Shown: positions 42,162-56,018 of the stretch, piece after piece | How positions within the stretch are numbered: the stretch's first letter is position 1 | Layout of the letters: each line of letters starts with the position of its first letter | Source: Octopus vulgaris | Lineage: Eukaryota | Reading direction: 5' to 3' | Assembly (NCBI GenBank): GCA_951406725.2 | Contig: OX597831.1 | Span: forward strand, 32,984,001-33,048,000 | Length of the DNA stretch: 64,000 bases | The notes under the pieces: generated by a model | Told to the model about the DNA's origin: nothing | Databases searched by the model: none | The model's input: the letters and a program-made list of their open reading frames with translations, nothing else | Made by a program: the position numbers and the translations under genes

Positions 42162-42704
42162 TACATACGTACATACATATATACATAATATATACATATA
42201 CATATATATATGTGTGTATGGATATATATGTCGTTGCACTTGCGTTTGTCTGTCTGCATATGGTTGTGTACACCAATATATTTACTCTCCATACATAGAA
42301 AATAGCGCGGATCATATTGGAGTATTTGATCAGTTATATTCCTGCATTTATTTATATTTTTTTAGATATTTTATTTTAATCTAATTCTGTTTCGTACATT
42401 CATTCGTTTCTTTCTTTATTCTTTCTTTCTTTTTGAATATTTGTTTTCGTTGCCATCTCATCTGGTATCGCTTTTCTTTCGCCTGTCATTAAAAGGTGTC
42501 GAACAAACGACCAGAATGGATGCTTTTGACATATCATGTTCGTTGTTAGTCGAACGATGAATGCGATTTGTCAGTACATCCATTTTGTTTCGATCACAAG
42601 TCACGTGTCCCAATTCAATAAATACCTCATCATCGTCAAAGAGACACACTTAATATTTCATTTACTTCACAACACACTTTATAACCTCCATTACTCACTC
42701 TGCG

Positions 42705-42764
<60 letters not shown>

Positions 42765-42884
42765 CATGCATATACAAATATATACATATATACATACATA
42801 CGCAGATACATAAATATATATATGTAATATATATGTATGTTATATATATACACATATATCTACATATATATGCAATATTATATG

Positions 42885-42925
<41 letters not shown>

Positions 42926-43118
42926 TATGTACATATATAAATATATATATAGTTAAGGCATGTACAAACGTAGGCAGATAAGCAGATAGACAGAGTGACA
43001 GAGACACAGATGGACAAACAGTCACACACGCACACACACACGCACACACACACGCACACACACACGCACACACACACGCACACACACACAAACACACGCA
43101 TACACATATATGCATACA

Positions 43119-43176
<58 letters not shown>

Positions 43177-43418
43177 TATATATATGTAAATGTGTGTGCG
43201 TCTGTGAATATTTGTCAACACAAATAAGCGGCAATATTTTATTAAGAGTGTGCATGTATATGTGTATGGAGGCATATGTATACGTGTGAGTATATGTGCG
43301 TACAAGCGTGGCCAGGTGTATAATGCATATAACAAATTTTTCGATTGATGCTCATGTTCAATATTTGTATTATCTGTCTGAGAGTATATATGTGTGTGTA
43401 TGTGTAAACATGAGTATG

Positions 43419-43458
<40 letters not shown>

Positions 43459-43496
43459 CATATATACTTATATGCATATATATATGTATATGTATT

Positions 43497-43556
<60 letters not shown>

Positions 43557-43729
43557 CAAATATCGATAGATAAATAGATGCACATACACACGTACACATA
43601 TATATACATGCATATGTATATAAATTCGTGTCTGTATATAATGCATATAATAAATGTATGTATGATGTATAAATGTATGAATGCATACACACACACACTC
43701 ACACACACACACATGTATATATGCATATA

Positions 43730-43790
<61 letters not shown>

Positions 43791-44170
43791 TTAGAGAATG
43801 TTTAATTATGAGGTGTGTAGATTATCAGGTCGGGAAACTTGTCACCAGCCAATATATCTGTGTTCTTCAGGAATTCGAATGGTTTTCATAGATTTGTAGG
43901 TGCCACAGAAATATATATGTATAAGTATATATGCTATGTCTGTATATTATGCATGCATGCATGTATGGATGTATGTATGTATGTATGTATGTATGTATGT
44001 ATGTATGTATATATGTATGTATGTATGTATGTGTATATGTATGTATGTGTGTGTTATGTATGTATGTATGTATGTATGTATGTATGTATGTATGTGTGTG
44101 TGTATGTATGTATGTATGTATGTATGTATGTATGTATGTATGTATGAATGTATGTGTGTATATGTGTGTG

Positions 44171-44212
<42 letters not shown>

Positions 44213-44569
44213 CAGAGACAGAGAGAGAGCGAGAGAGTGATAAAGAAGATATTAATGAAGATATAAATATAACTACACACTCATACAGACAAACAGACTC
44301 ATTTATTAATACATGAATGTACTTATGTATCTAATTTTGTATCTATCTCTGTGTCGGTGTAATTATGTATGTATGTATGCATGTATGTATGTATAACAGA
44401 GAGAAATAAATAAAGATACAAACACACATATGCATATACGTACATGAACACACACACACACACATATGTATAGATATATATGCATATATATGTATGTGTA
44501 TATATCTAAAGAGAGAGGGGGCAGTGAGAGAAAGAGAAAGAGAGAAAGAAAAAGAGACAGGCAGACAGA

Positions 44570-44689
44570 TAAATAGATAGATAGACTGATAGATAGATGG
44601 ATAGATAGATAGATAGATAGATAGATAGACAGATAAATAGATAGGTAGATAGATAGGTCGATAAATAGATAGAAAGATAGAATAAATAA

Positions 44690-44751
<62 letters not shown>

Positions 44752-44991
44752 TGATTGATAGATCGATAGATAGAGAGATAGACAGAGAGATAGATAGGTA
44801 GATAGATAGGTCGATAAATAGATAGAAAGATAGATAGATAAATAGATAGATAGAATAAATAGATAGATAGATAGCTAGCTAGATAGATAGATAGATAAAT
44901 AGATAGAGAGATAGGTAGGTAGATAGATAGGTCGATGAATAGATAGAAAGATAGATAGATAGATAAATAGATAGATAGAATAGATAGATAT

Positions 44992-45066
<75 letters not shown>
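44570..45066. repeat. Compound (TAGA)n array with internal higher-order duplications
   Basis: GATAGGTCGAT(A/G)AATAGATAGAAAGATAG recurs three times. Confidence 0.9.
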
Positions 45067-45067
<1 letters not shown>

Positions 45068-46276
45068 AGACAATAATATATATGTATTCCATTTTGTACA
45101 ACATCCCAAGTGTAATTCATCAGTTCTTTGTTCGTCTGATTTATCATAGACATCTTCTTTCGCGACATATAAACTTCGTGTCTCTACCATTGCTTTCCTT
45201 CTCACCTTCTTTTTTTATTTCCCTCTCCATTTCCTTCTTTATTCCTTTCTATCTTCCTTCCTTCATTCCTCCTGTATGTACAATGACGTGTTCTGTCTGT
45301 GCGTCTATTGTTCTTTTTTTTTAACGCAGACATATATCATTATAAACGATCGCATCTTAAGCAATTTCATATACCTCGCCATCTTACCCTAGTTTTTTAA
45401 AAATATATATACCAGTTAACTACTGAGGTCTAGTAAACACGGAAGGTCATTGTGGAAATTCCATTACTATTTTGGTTGGAACTGCTGCATCTCTTCTCTT
45501 CATTTGTCCATTATATTTAGCCAGGAGTGGAGCAGTAGATAAAGACACTAAAATAACGAACTTAAATAACCAGAATACATCCCTTTACTTTCAAATCTTA
45601 CAAGAGACAAGTTTGCCCGCCTTGGGTCATCCATTATTAATAAACTAAAATTACTGGCATTGTCATTGTTCATTATTTATAAGAGTCCATTTAATTTATC
45701 GGAAATAAGTGCAATAAAATCATCTGAAGGAATGCTACCCTTGATAAAGAGATGTCATATCCAGGAGGAGATTTAACTCACATCCTTGCAGCGTCGTAGA
45801 ACCGCAGCTATGAAATAAATAATCGTTTCAAATGCCATGGAAACCATAAATTTAAGCTTCTCGTTAAATAGCTGCCAGTTTAGCTGTAAATGACGCCACG
45901 TGGAGCTTTAGGTGTTTTCGCTCAATAAACACTCACAACGCCCGGTTGTAAGTGGTTGAGTACTCCACAGTTAGTTATTTTAGTGATACAATTAATTAGC
46001 CCCAGGTCAGTTCTGTTTGGTCTGCAATCAAAGGCGTCCTACTCATGACCGTCACGTCGAATTTTCTTTTCTTTTCATTATATGACATCAAAGCCCAAGG
46101 GCCAAGTAAAGTTTCAGTCCCTGGCTTGATATTGGTGTCTCTCTTTGTGTTTCTCCGTTGTTCACTACTTACCCCGTTAATAACAATACAATACAGCAAA
46201 TTATATCGTGAATATTTTATGACTCGCCCTAAATGACGTTTTTTTTTCTGTCCGAGGTTCCTCCTTTTTTGTACAG

Positions 46277-46308
<32 letters not shown>

Positions 46309-46389
46309 GCACACACGAATGCATATACAAATATGTATTCACACACGTCCATCTGTACATACATACATAATATATAGATAGATATATAG

Positions 46390-46456
<67 letters not shown>

Positions 46457-46460
<4 letters not shown>

Positions 46461-46715
46461 CTGTCCTGGTGTTCGTATGCATTCGATCCTTCTTCCAGGA
46501 AATCTACGCTTCCAGCTTAGTTTTTCTAATGCTCGTTGCTTGGTTTTTCTTGGAGGGCTGGCCGTGATCTAGTAATCTCAAGATTAATCAGCCGAAATTA
46601 CTACGATGATCCGGTTCTTGACTGAAGACTGAGGGTTTCGAATGTCCTGTCCGTGTTTATTGTGTCGTCTTCTAAGAGTTATACGTTCTTGTCCATGTTG
46701 TATTTTTCTACATAC
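46457..46715 (-). repeat. Dispersed repeat family E (copy 3)
   Basis: AATCTCAAGATTAATCAGCCGAAATT...CCGGTTCTTGACTGA. (TA)n flanks. Confidence 0.85.
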
Positions 46716-46951
46716 CTTAATATATACATATATATATATATATACATATATATGTACATATATATATGCATATATATTATATATATATATTTATATATAT
46801 ATATATATATGAATATATATATATGTATATATATATGTGTATATATATGTGTATATATATGTATATATATATATACATGAACAGACCTACATAATAGTTT
46901 TCACACACATACTCCGACATTTAGAAACAGAGGAAAAGAGCGGAGATAGAG

Positions 46952-46996
<45 letters not shown>

Positions 46997-47213
46997 TGCT
47001 AGCAGGTACATAAAGGGAGATAACTAATTTATGATTGACAGTTCAATATGGTACTTCTTTTCTTCTCTGACCTCCCCCTCGCTCTTGTCACTCTCTCTTC
47101 CCCACTCTCTCTCCTTCCTCCTCCCTCTTTCCCTGGAGAGTCTTGGCTCAATAACAGTCAAAATCTGGCAGTTTACCTATTCTGCCATATTTCATTTCCC
47201 ATTAACCGTAACG

Positions 47214-47295
<82 letters not shown>

Positions 47296-47400
47296 TAATA
47301 ATAATAATAATAACAACAACAACAACAACAATAATCATAGTAACAACAACAGCAACAATGATGATGATGATGATAATAATAATAATAATAATAATAATAA

Positions 47401-48145
47401 TTTTTTTTATCGGCCACAGGGGCCCAAGGCATGAAGGACAATATCAAATGACGATATCAACAAACAAAACAGGTGGAGTTTACATTGAACAAGGGGACAC
47501 ACTATGATATTAAACAGTGTAACAAAGGGTATATAAATAGAAATTAGAAAAATAAATATGTAATTAATAAGCAGAATCCCTAAAAGAGAAGCAGTTCATT
47601 CAGATAATTCAGGTAAAGCCTCACACAAAGTGTCCCGGATTACAAGGCATGGCATCTTCCAGTTTGTTTCCTCCTTCTTAGAAAAGTATACTCAGAGTAG
47701 ATCCATTCAGCCTCTCCAGTCTTGCCACTCGCGTCCACCTTTTGGTAAACACACAAAAAAGCAGCATCTCACTCTCTACTTTCACTTTCCTCTTCAAATG
47801 ATATTTGAAGAAATTGATGAGGGCTTTTAAAAGGGTCAACCACACAGCTTCTCTTGCGACAGCCACTAAGCAGAGAAGGATCAGCCTTACATCTCTGCTA
47901 AAGGAATGTAGTTCTTCGATCTTCACTATACGCTCGGCGGAAAGCTGGGGCCGTCTTACACGAAACAGCAAGTGTTCAACACAGGTCCACAAATCTCTAA
48001 TGCACGGACACTGAACAGTTGCATGCAGCAAATTTCGCCCCCCTGCATGCATCTCGGGCAGGTTCGGCTGTTGGTACTTCCATGCCTGAAGAGCTTGTCT
48101 CAAACCGGCAATGTAACCCCACCACACGCCTTGTAGCCCTGCCAT
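47401..48145 (-). mobile_element. L1/Tx1-type LINE 3' end
   Basis: Frameshifted C-terminal zinc knuckle (CPRC...HATVQC), DLW, AREAVW, RW motifs. 3' UTR ends CCCTGTGGCCGATAAAAAAAA at an (AAT)n array. Confidence 0.75.
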
Positions 48146-48159
48146 GCTAAATGATTATA

Positions 48160-48508
48160 AATTTTTGCACAGGGCCAGAAATTCTGGGGGAGAGTGTAAA
48201 TCGATTATATTGATCCCAAGTACTCAACTGGTACTTTATCGACCCCCGAAAGGATAAAAGGCAAAATCGATCTCGGTGGAATTTGAACCCAGAATTCAAA
48301 ACATGAAGGCAGACTAAACGCAACTAAGCCTTTCATCCGGCCTCCAAATGATTCTGTCACCTTACTGCCTGATATAAATAATGCTTTCAAATTGTGGCAC
48401 GAGCGGCAAAAAATTTCGGGGAAGTGTGTGTGTTTTTTTTTTGGGGGGGGGGGCAATAACGTCCACCTCGAGGCCTCAACTTTTATCCACCCAGGAAGGA
48501 TGAAAGGC
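48160..48508 (-). mobile_element. Two degenerate SINE family D copies
   Basis: ACTGGTACTTTATCGACCCCCGAAAGGATAAAAGGCAAAATCGA and TTTATCCACCCAGGAAGGATGAAAGGCA. Confidence 0.7.
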
Positions 48509-48542
48509 ATTATTATCATCATCGTCGTCGTCATCATCATCG

Positions 48543-48601
<59 letters not shown>

Positions 48602-48627
48602 GAACCAAAGAATAATAATAATAATGA

Positions 48628-48770
48628 TTTCTTTTATTTACCACAAGGGCGAAGGATGAGGGGGGACAATTCAAAGACAGGCATACAGCGTGGGGGTTTA
48701 TGTATAATGAAATGATAAAAAGAAAAAAAGAAAGTATACACGCTTTGCACTGCAAAAGAAGGGACATATG
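48628..48770 (-). mobile_element. Tx1-like 3' UTR fragment in (AAT)n
   Basis: TTTCTTTTATTTACCACAAGGG...GGGGGACAAT, similar to 47401-47445 and 49568-49615. Confidence 0.6.
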
Positions 48771-48771
48771 C

Positions 48772-48824
<53 letters not shown>

Positions 48825-49253
48825 TTTATGATTTTATGATTCAGTGTGACCATGAGATAGAGAATAGGTAGCCAGACATAGTCTTAATTGACAAAGGAAG
48901 CAAATGATGCTGGATCATAGATATAGCATGCCCAGCTGACAACAAGGTATGCGATAAGGAAGAAAGAAAAGTCGAGAGATATGACAGGTTAGCTTGGGAG
49001 GTTAAGCAGTTCTGGTCGATGAAAAAGGTGGTAGTAGTACCAATAATTGCCAGTGCCCTGGGAATAGTGAGCGAAAATCTCGAGAAGTACGTGGAACAAA
49101 TAGGGGCTGGAGCACTTGCAGAAAACAGCACTGCTTGGAACCGCTCGAATACTCTGGAAGGTGCTCGAAAAATAAGAGGTGTTACCTTAGTTCACTGGTA
49201 GTGAACAGCTGACACTGTAGTACATCTCCAGCGGTAGATGCTGTGCAAAAGCA
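48825..49253 (+). mobile_element. R4/Dong-type LINE 3' fragment (another family) in (TAA)n
   Basis: YDFMIQCDHEIENR*PDIVLIDK...CWIIDIACPAD...KVERYDRLAWEVKQFWSMKKVVVVPII. Confidence 0.88.
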
Positions 49254-49289
49254 ATGATAATAAAAATATTAATAATAATAATAATATTA

Positions 49290-49352
<63 letters not shown>

Positions 49353-49354
<2 letters not shown>

Positions 49355-49503
49355 ATAGTTTTATTTTTATAGCGTGCTTTCACTTCACTACCGAGCGCAG
49401 CTCTGTGTACCTTAGGTATGTGCTGTGATTTGTTGTGATGCTGTGATGGTTATTGTATGGAAAGTGTTCTGCGTAGGATGTGTGCAGTGCCTAGTAGTGC
49501 AAT
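49353..49503 (-). mobile_element. R4/Dong-type LINE extreme 3' end
   Basis: IALLGTAHILRRTLSIQ* plus 3' UTR. (ATT)n on both sides. Confidence 0.8.
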
Positions 49504-49567
49504 TATTATTATTATTATTATAATGATGATAATGATGATGATGATGATGACGATGAGGATGATAATG

Positions 49568-49730
49568 ATTTCCTTTATTTGCCACAAGGGGCAAGACTGA
49601 GGGGGACAATACAAAAACAGACATAAAGTGTTGGAGTTTACATATAATGTAATGATGAAAAAAATTAAAGGAACGAAATAAGTACACAGGGCATACACTG
49701 AAAAAGAAGGGGCACAGGCATTGCATACAA
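49568..49730 (-). mobile_element. Tx1-like 3' UTR fragment
   Basis: TTTCCTTTATTTGCCACAAGGGG...GGGGGACAATACAAAAACAGAC; ACTGAAAAAGAAGGGGCA shared with 48750. Confidence 0.6.
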
Positions 49731-50000
49731 AGGTTTAAAAAAGTGGGAGGGGGATGATAGAGATGTAGGCCTTCTGCTACAGGCGGGCCCTGAACAGCAA
49801 GAGCAAGTGCCCTCGCTGATTCTTTCTCTTCGACTTAGAGGTCTACACTAAGAAAGGTACCATCCACTTTTGCCATTTTCACAACTTTTACCCACCTTTT
49901 AATCGGGGAAAAGAGAAAAAGGGAAGTCGGCGGGTGGAGGTGACAAGATAGAGAAAAGGGTGAAAATAGGTGAGAGATAACGGAACAGGGAGAGGGAAGA

Positions 50001-50037
<37 letters not shown>

Positions 50038-50085
50038 CGGAACTGTGATGATACAAAAGTGAGAGAGAGGTGTGTGTGTGTTCAC

Positions 50086-50157
<72 letters not shown>

Positions 50158-50659
50158 ATCTGCCTACGATTCTATTTCTATCAACCTTTTCACGATTATT
50201 CGTTCATTCCACTCTTCGTTCTTTCATTCCCTCTCTCTCACATTTCTTTGCCTTCTCTTCTTACTCACTTTCCCTCCACTTTTCACTTCACTTTGTCCCT
50301 GCCATTTTTTCTCGCCCCTCCTTAATTCTTCTGTCCATCTGCTTCTACAACTCTCTCTCTCTTCTCTTCTCCCTCCTTAATTCTTTTGTTCCTCTGCTTC
50401 TATATTTCTCTCTCTTCTCTTCCCACGTGACAGATAGACCAGACTGCTAACTCCCTTTTTGGGTCTAACCGTAGTCAGTGCAATATCGATATTCTTCCCT
50501 GTGCTTGTGAAACTTATGTATCTCTGCCGTAAGGCTTCATTTCCACACACACCAGCTGAATTCAATTCGTCCCCAGTCGAAAGACACTTGTTGTTATGTC
50601 CTGTTATTATCATTATTATTTTTATTGTATTTATATTGTATTTATATTTGTGAAACATT

Positions 50660-50905
50660 GACTATTTTTCCGCCTTTGTTTTTTTATACATTCGATGCTT
50701 TCTTCCAAGGATTCTAATGCTCATAGTTTAGTTTTTCCTTGGGACTGACCAGATTGGAGTAATCTCAAGATTAATCAGCCGAAATTGCCAGGATGATACG
50801 GTTCTTGACTGAGGATAGAAAGCTTCGAATGACCCATCCTTTTTTTTGTCCCTTTTTGTATCATCAAGATGTCCGGATGTTTTGCGTTCTTGTCCCATTT
50901 TGTAT
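50660..50905 (-). repeat. Dispersed repeat family E (copy 4)
   Basis: Homology to 46457-46715. Confidence 0.85.
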
Positions 50906-50919
50906 CGTATATATATATA

Positions 50920-51082
50920 CGCAGGAGTGGCTATGTGGTAAGTAGCTTGTTTACCAACCACATGGTTCCGGGTTCAGTCCCACTGCGTGGCACCTTGGGC
51001 AAGTGTCTTCTACTATAGTCTCGGGCCTACCAAAGCCTTGTGAGTGGATTTGGTAGACGGAAACTGAAAGAAGCCCGTCGTA

Positions 51083-51122
<40 letters not shown>

Positions 51123-51333
51123 TGTATGTGTTTGTGTGTCTGTGTTTGTCCCCCTAGCATTGCTTGACAACCGATGCAGGTGTGTTTATGTCCCCGTTAC
51201 TTAGCGGTTCGGCAAAAGAGACCAATAGAATAAGTACTGGGCTTATAAAAGAATAAGTCCCGGGGTCGAGTTGCTCGATTAAAGGCGGTGCTCCAGCATG
51301 GCCGCAGTCAAATGACTGAAACAAGCAAAAGAG
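50920..51333 (+). mobile_element. SINE family C (well-preserved copy)
   Basis: CGCAGGAGTGGCTATGTGG head, GGTTCAGTCCC B box, CORE-like ACCTTGGGCAAGT, internal (TA)n(TG)n, LINE-like tail. Confidence 0.92.
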
Positions 51334-51369
51334 TATATATATATATATATACAAAAACATATACATATA

Positions 51370-51424
<55 letters not shown>

Positions 51425-51485
51425 TTATATATATGTATATATACATCTATATGTATACGTATATATATATACATATATATATATA

Positions 51486-51542
<57 letters not shown>

Positions 51543-51800
51543 ATCACCGTGATCACCGTGACCGACCAGGCTATCAGATGTTGCTACCCATCGCTGGTCA
51601 CAATGCGTTTCGCTTTGTTTTAGCTGGCTAAGCGAGCAGGCCAACAGAAGAGAGAGAGAAAGTTGTGGCGAAAGAGTACAGAATGGATCGCCACCACCCC
51701 CTGCCGGAGCGTCGTGGAGCTTTAGGTGTTTTCGCTCAATAAACACTCACAACCGAAACCGCGAGTCCGCTGCCCTAACCACTGGGCCATTGCGCCTCCA
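51543..51800 (-). mobile_element. SINE family A copy with internal deletions
   Basis: Reverse complement of 1005-1312. Confidence 0.88.
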
Positions 51801-51814
51801 CATATACATATATA

Positions 51815-51926
<112 letters not shown>

Positions 51927-52133
51927 TGTATGTGTGTATTTGGCAGCTAATGCTGAAAGTAGAGTCCGGGATTAACTAATTAATTATTTACTTCGTTCTT
52001 GTGTTATAACAGCGTGCCTCATGAATTCTCTATTTTCGTGGTTTAGATTATAACTGGCCTTTTTAGCATGTAAGGGGTTCTTTCAATGGTTCCCACTTTG
52101 CGTTTAGAAACATTTTATACAATTTTATATGTA

Positions 52134-53648
52134 TACTCTTTTACTCTTTTACTCTTTTACTTGTTTCAGCCATCCGGCTGAGGCCATGCTGGGGCACCGC
52201 CCTTGTTGCTATCCTCTCTAAGTCCAGTTTGCCGTGGCTGGCCACTGATCTAAGAGAGAGTTTGTAGCTGCTGCCCTTAGGTTACCTTCGTACCTTGCAG
52301 TGGGTTCATCTGGGATCCCGGAAAGCAGCTTGTCTAGATGTTTTTTGAAAATGTCCACATCCGCATCATGTAGATCTCTTAGTTTTCTTGGCAGTTTGTT
52401 GAAAAGCTGAGGGCCCCTGAACCCCAGGCTATTACAGTATCTGCTCCTTACCCTGGATGTGGAAGACGGGACCTTTGGCACCACACAGTGACGTCCTGTA
52501 CGGGGATTGGAACAGCTCTCAATTCCAAAATTTGGTGCTAGTCCCTCCAGGATTTTCCATATGTATATCACTGCATATCTCTCTCGTCTTCGTTCCAAGG
52601 AGTACAAATTGAGTTCCCTAAGCCTCTCCCAATAGTTCTTTTCTTTCATGGTGGAAATCCTCTTGGTGAAATGTCTTTGGATTGTCTCAAGCTCTGTGGT
52701 TAGTTTGACACTATGCGGTGACCACAGTTGGGAGCAGTAGTCCAGGCGGCTTAGGACAAATGTCCTCCATAGTGTCAACATGGTCTCGCAGTCTCTTGTC
52801 CGGAATGTCCTCAGGATCCAGCCAGTGAGTCGTCTGCACATTGTCGCCACCTTTGCGATGTGTGAAGAAAAAGATGCATCGTCACTCATGTCTATCCCCA
52901 GGTCCCGTATTAATTTCGATACTGGGATTTCGATCCCTCCTGGACCAGTATAGTTGTGTTGTAATGTATATGTGTTTACAGCTTGATATTGTAAGGCTTG
53001 AAATTTACCAGCATTAAATTGCATGTTGTTGTCTTCAGCCCATTTGTATATGGCATCCAGATCTTGTTGTAAAAGGTCAGCATCAGCTGGGTTTTTGATT
53101 GCCTGTGCTACCTTTGTGTCATCAGCATAGCTAGTGAGGGATGTTGTTTGTGCTACCAAGGGCATGTCAGAGAGCGCCACCAAAAACAGCAAGGGTCCCA
53201 AGACTGTGCCCTGTGGCACCCCGCTTGCTATTGGTGTCTTTCCCGAGAGGGCTCCATTGGCTGCAACCATCTGGCTTCTGTCCTTCAGGAAGTCATGTAT
53301 CCACTCACCTACTTTTCCTGTTATGCCGAGTCTGAGTAATTTGTGACATATCACTCCGTGGTCGACTTTGTCAAAGGCCTTCGCAAAGTCGAGATATACC
53401 ACATGCACCTGTGAGCGATCCAGTAGTTGTTTCAGTACCCAGTCGTAGTGTTGTAACAGCTGCGTAAGGCAGCTTCTTCCTGGGCGAAAGCCATGCTGTG
53501 TGTCAGTGAGACAGTTAGTTTCTTCGAGGACGTGATCAGTTTTTTTCTGATGATTCGTTCCATGACCTTACTTATGTGTGACGTCAGGGAGACTGGCCTG
53601 TAGTTTTTGGCCTCTGCTCTACTCCCTCCTTTGTGGATAGGGCATATG
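52134..53648 (-). mobile_element. CR1/L2-group LINE, 5'-truncated, with nearly intact RT domain
   Basis: PIHKGG..NYRPVSLTS; 1-nt frameshift at ~53530; QHGFRPGRSC; YLDFAKAFDKVDH; GVPQGTVLGPLLF; YADD. Stop at 52218. 3' stem-loop and (GTAAAAGA)n tail. Confidence 0.95.
52218..53648 (-). pseudogene. LINE reverse transcriptase (ORF2) pseudogene fragment
   Basis: ORF-track 52218..53408 plus its upstream extension. No true start codon, no APE domain, one frameshift. Confidence 0.9.
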
Positions 53649-53966
53649 GTATGTATATATATGTATATATGTATAAGTATATATGTGAGTGTGTGTGTGC
53701 TTGATTGTGTGTGTATGCATATACATATATATATACATATATGAATATATATATATATATATGTATGAATATATGTATGCATGTATATGTATGTTTGTAT
53801 GCATATATATACATATAAATATGTGTGTGTGTATATATATATGCACGCACGTTTGTATGTATGTATGCATGTATGTATATAAGTGTGTGTATATATATAT
53901 TTATATTATGTATATACATATATATATATACATATATATATACATATACATATATACGCATATATT

Positions 53967-54280
53967 GGCGCAGGTGTGGCTGTGTGGGAAAATGTCCTCT
54001 ACTATAGGGTCGGGCCCACCAAAACCTTGTGCGTGGATTTGGTAGACGAAACTGAACTATTTGTGTGTGTTTTTGCGTCTGCGTTTGTCACCCCCCACCG
54101 CTTGACAACCGGCGTTGGTGTATCTATGTCACCGTAACTTAGCAATTTGGCAACAGAGACCGATAGAATAAGTGCTAGTCTCAAGAAATAAGTCCTGGGA
54201 TCAATTTATTTGACTAAAACCCTTCAAGGAGTTTTTCCAGCTGGCCGCAGTCAAATGACTGAAACAAGTAAAGCAATAAA
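53967..54280 (+). mobile_element. SINE family C with internal deletions
   Basis: GGCGCAGGTGTGGCTGTGTGG head through tail GCAGTCAAATGACTGAAACAAGTAAA. Confidence 0.85.
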
Positions 54281-54286
54281 AGGTAA

Positions 54287-54324
<38 letters not shown>

Positions 54325-54328
<4 letters not shown>

Positions 54329-54356
54329 AAGCCTGTCGTATATATGTATATATATG

Positions 54357-54387
<31 letters not shown>

Positions 54388-54582
54388 TTGTCCCCCTAGC
54401 ATTGCTTGACAACCGATGCTGGTGTGTTTACGTCCCCTTCACTTAGCGGTTCGGTAAAAGAGACCGATAGAATAAGTACTGGGCTTACAAAGAATAAGTC
54501 CCGGGGTCGATTTGCTCGACTAAAGGCGGTGCTCCAGCATGGCCGCAGTCAAATGACTGAAACAAGTAAAAGAGTAAAAGAG
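54325..54582 (+). mobile_element. SINE family C, 5'-truncated
   Basis: Ends GGCGGTGCTCCAGCATGGCCGCAGTCAAATGACTGAAACAAGTAAAAGAGTAAAAGAG. Confidence 0.9.
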
Positions 54583-54635
54583 TATATGTACGTATATATA
54601 TATACATATATACATACATACATATATATGTATAC

Positions 54636-54686
<51 letters not shown>

Positions 54687-54943
54687 TAGATAGATAGATA
54701 GATAGATATGTGTATTTCTTTGTGTATAGAGACCAAGCGAAAAGCAAGAATCCAAAGAGACCCCCCCTCTTTATATTTTATAGAAAGAAAAAATGAAAGA
54801 AGGCATCTTTACATTGTACCGGAAGTTAATTTGATATTTTCTATAATATTACCTAGAACATAATCACTCAAACATGTGTATGTACACACACACACACAAA
54901 CACGCACACACACACACACACACAGACACACACACACACACAG

Positions 54944-54977
<34 letters not shown>

Positions 54978-55083
54978 CTATAGTCATACGCATACACACA
55001 TACACATGTCGACACATATAGACAAACACACACACGAGACAAAATATGTTTTAAAACAATTAAATATATAGAAATGACAAGGA

Positions 55084-55150
<67 letters not shown>

Positions 55151-55723
55151 TTAATAATAATAATACTATCAACAACGCTGAAAATTCATTTAAAGACGTT
55201 TTGGCTGCAGGCATGTGATTGAGTTATTTCTGTAAAAACCACATTTAAAATAAATGTAAGTATTGTTGTAACTTGTCGACAATTGTCAAAATTTGCCGAC
55301 TTTTCCAAATGATGAAAGTCGATTGCAATGGCCGCCATTTTAACGTTAGTGCATAAAAATAAAAACTCTAACAACAATAATAAGAAGAATGAAGTATAAA
55401 AAGATCCACTGAACGGTTTGTGTGTTGTACAAAGTTCTGCTTAAAATGGTAGTCCGTAACTCCCTCAAAATACATTGTAACGTCTTAAAATAAAACAGGA
55501 AGGGGAGAAATCAGGACTTCAAAGTAATGTACTGTGAGTTGTAGTAGAGCTTTAAAGAAATGGGGGTCGGTCACGGCTTGAAGGATATTGTCGGCAAGTC
55601 TGTTGGTTTGGGGGTTAACGCCAAGTTAAACAACGACAACAACAATAGTAACAACACCAACAGTTAGAATAACAACAGCGACAATAAAACATACAAAAGA
55701 CAACCTCAAGGATAGTAACAGCT

Positions 55724-55787
<64 letters not shown>

Positions 55788-55788
<1 letters not shown>

Positions 55789-56018
55789 CTCTCTATATAT
55801 AAACGGCAAAATGTCTGTCTGTGTGTGTGTCCTTTATACAAATCCACAATTGTTCAGTTAGAGAGCTCGCACCTTCTATGGTCATTCAAAACCGTCCAAG
55901 GATGGTCGTGCAGATCTTTACATTTCCCCAGTCACCCCTCAAAGCCATTAAAAAATCAATAGAAGTGACTTGTTTGTGAATTTTCTATCCAAAACGGCGT
56001 TGCCGGGTCATAGTGCTA

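Noticed and set aside
50468-50490. Minus-strand TATTGCACT resembling a miR-92 5' end
   Set aside because: The rest of the mature sequence does not match and there is no complementary hairpin arm.
52218-53408. 396-aa RT ORF as a functional or domesticated gene, or a retron-like system
   Set aside because: The start is an internal GTG, the element is 5'-truncated with a frameshift, and it has a typical LINE tail.
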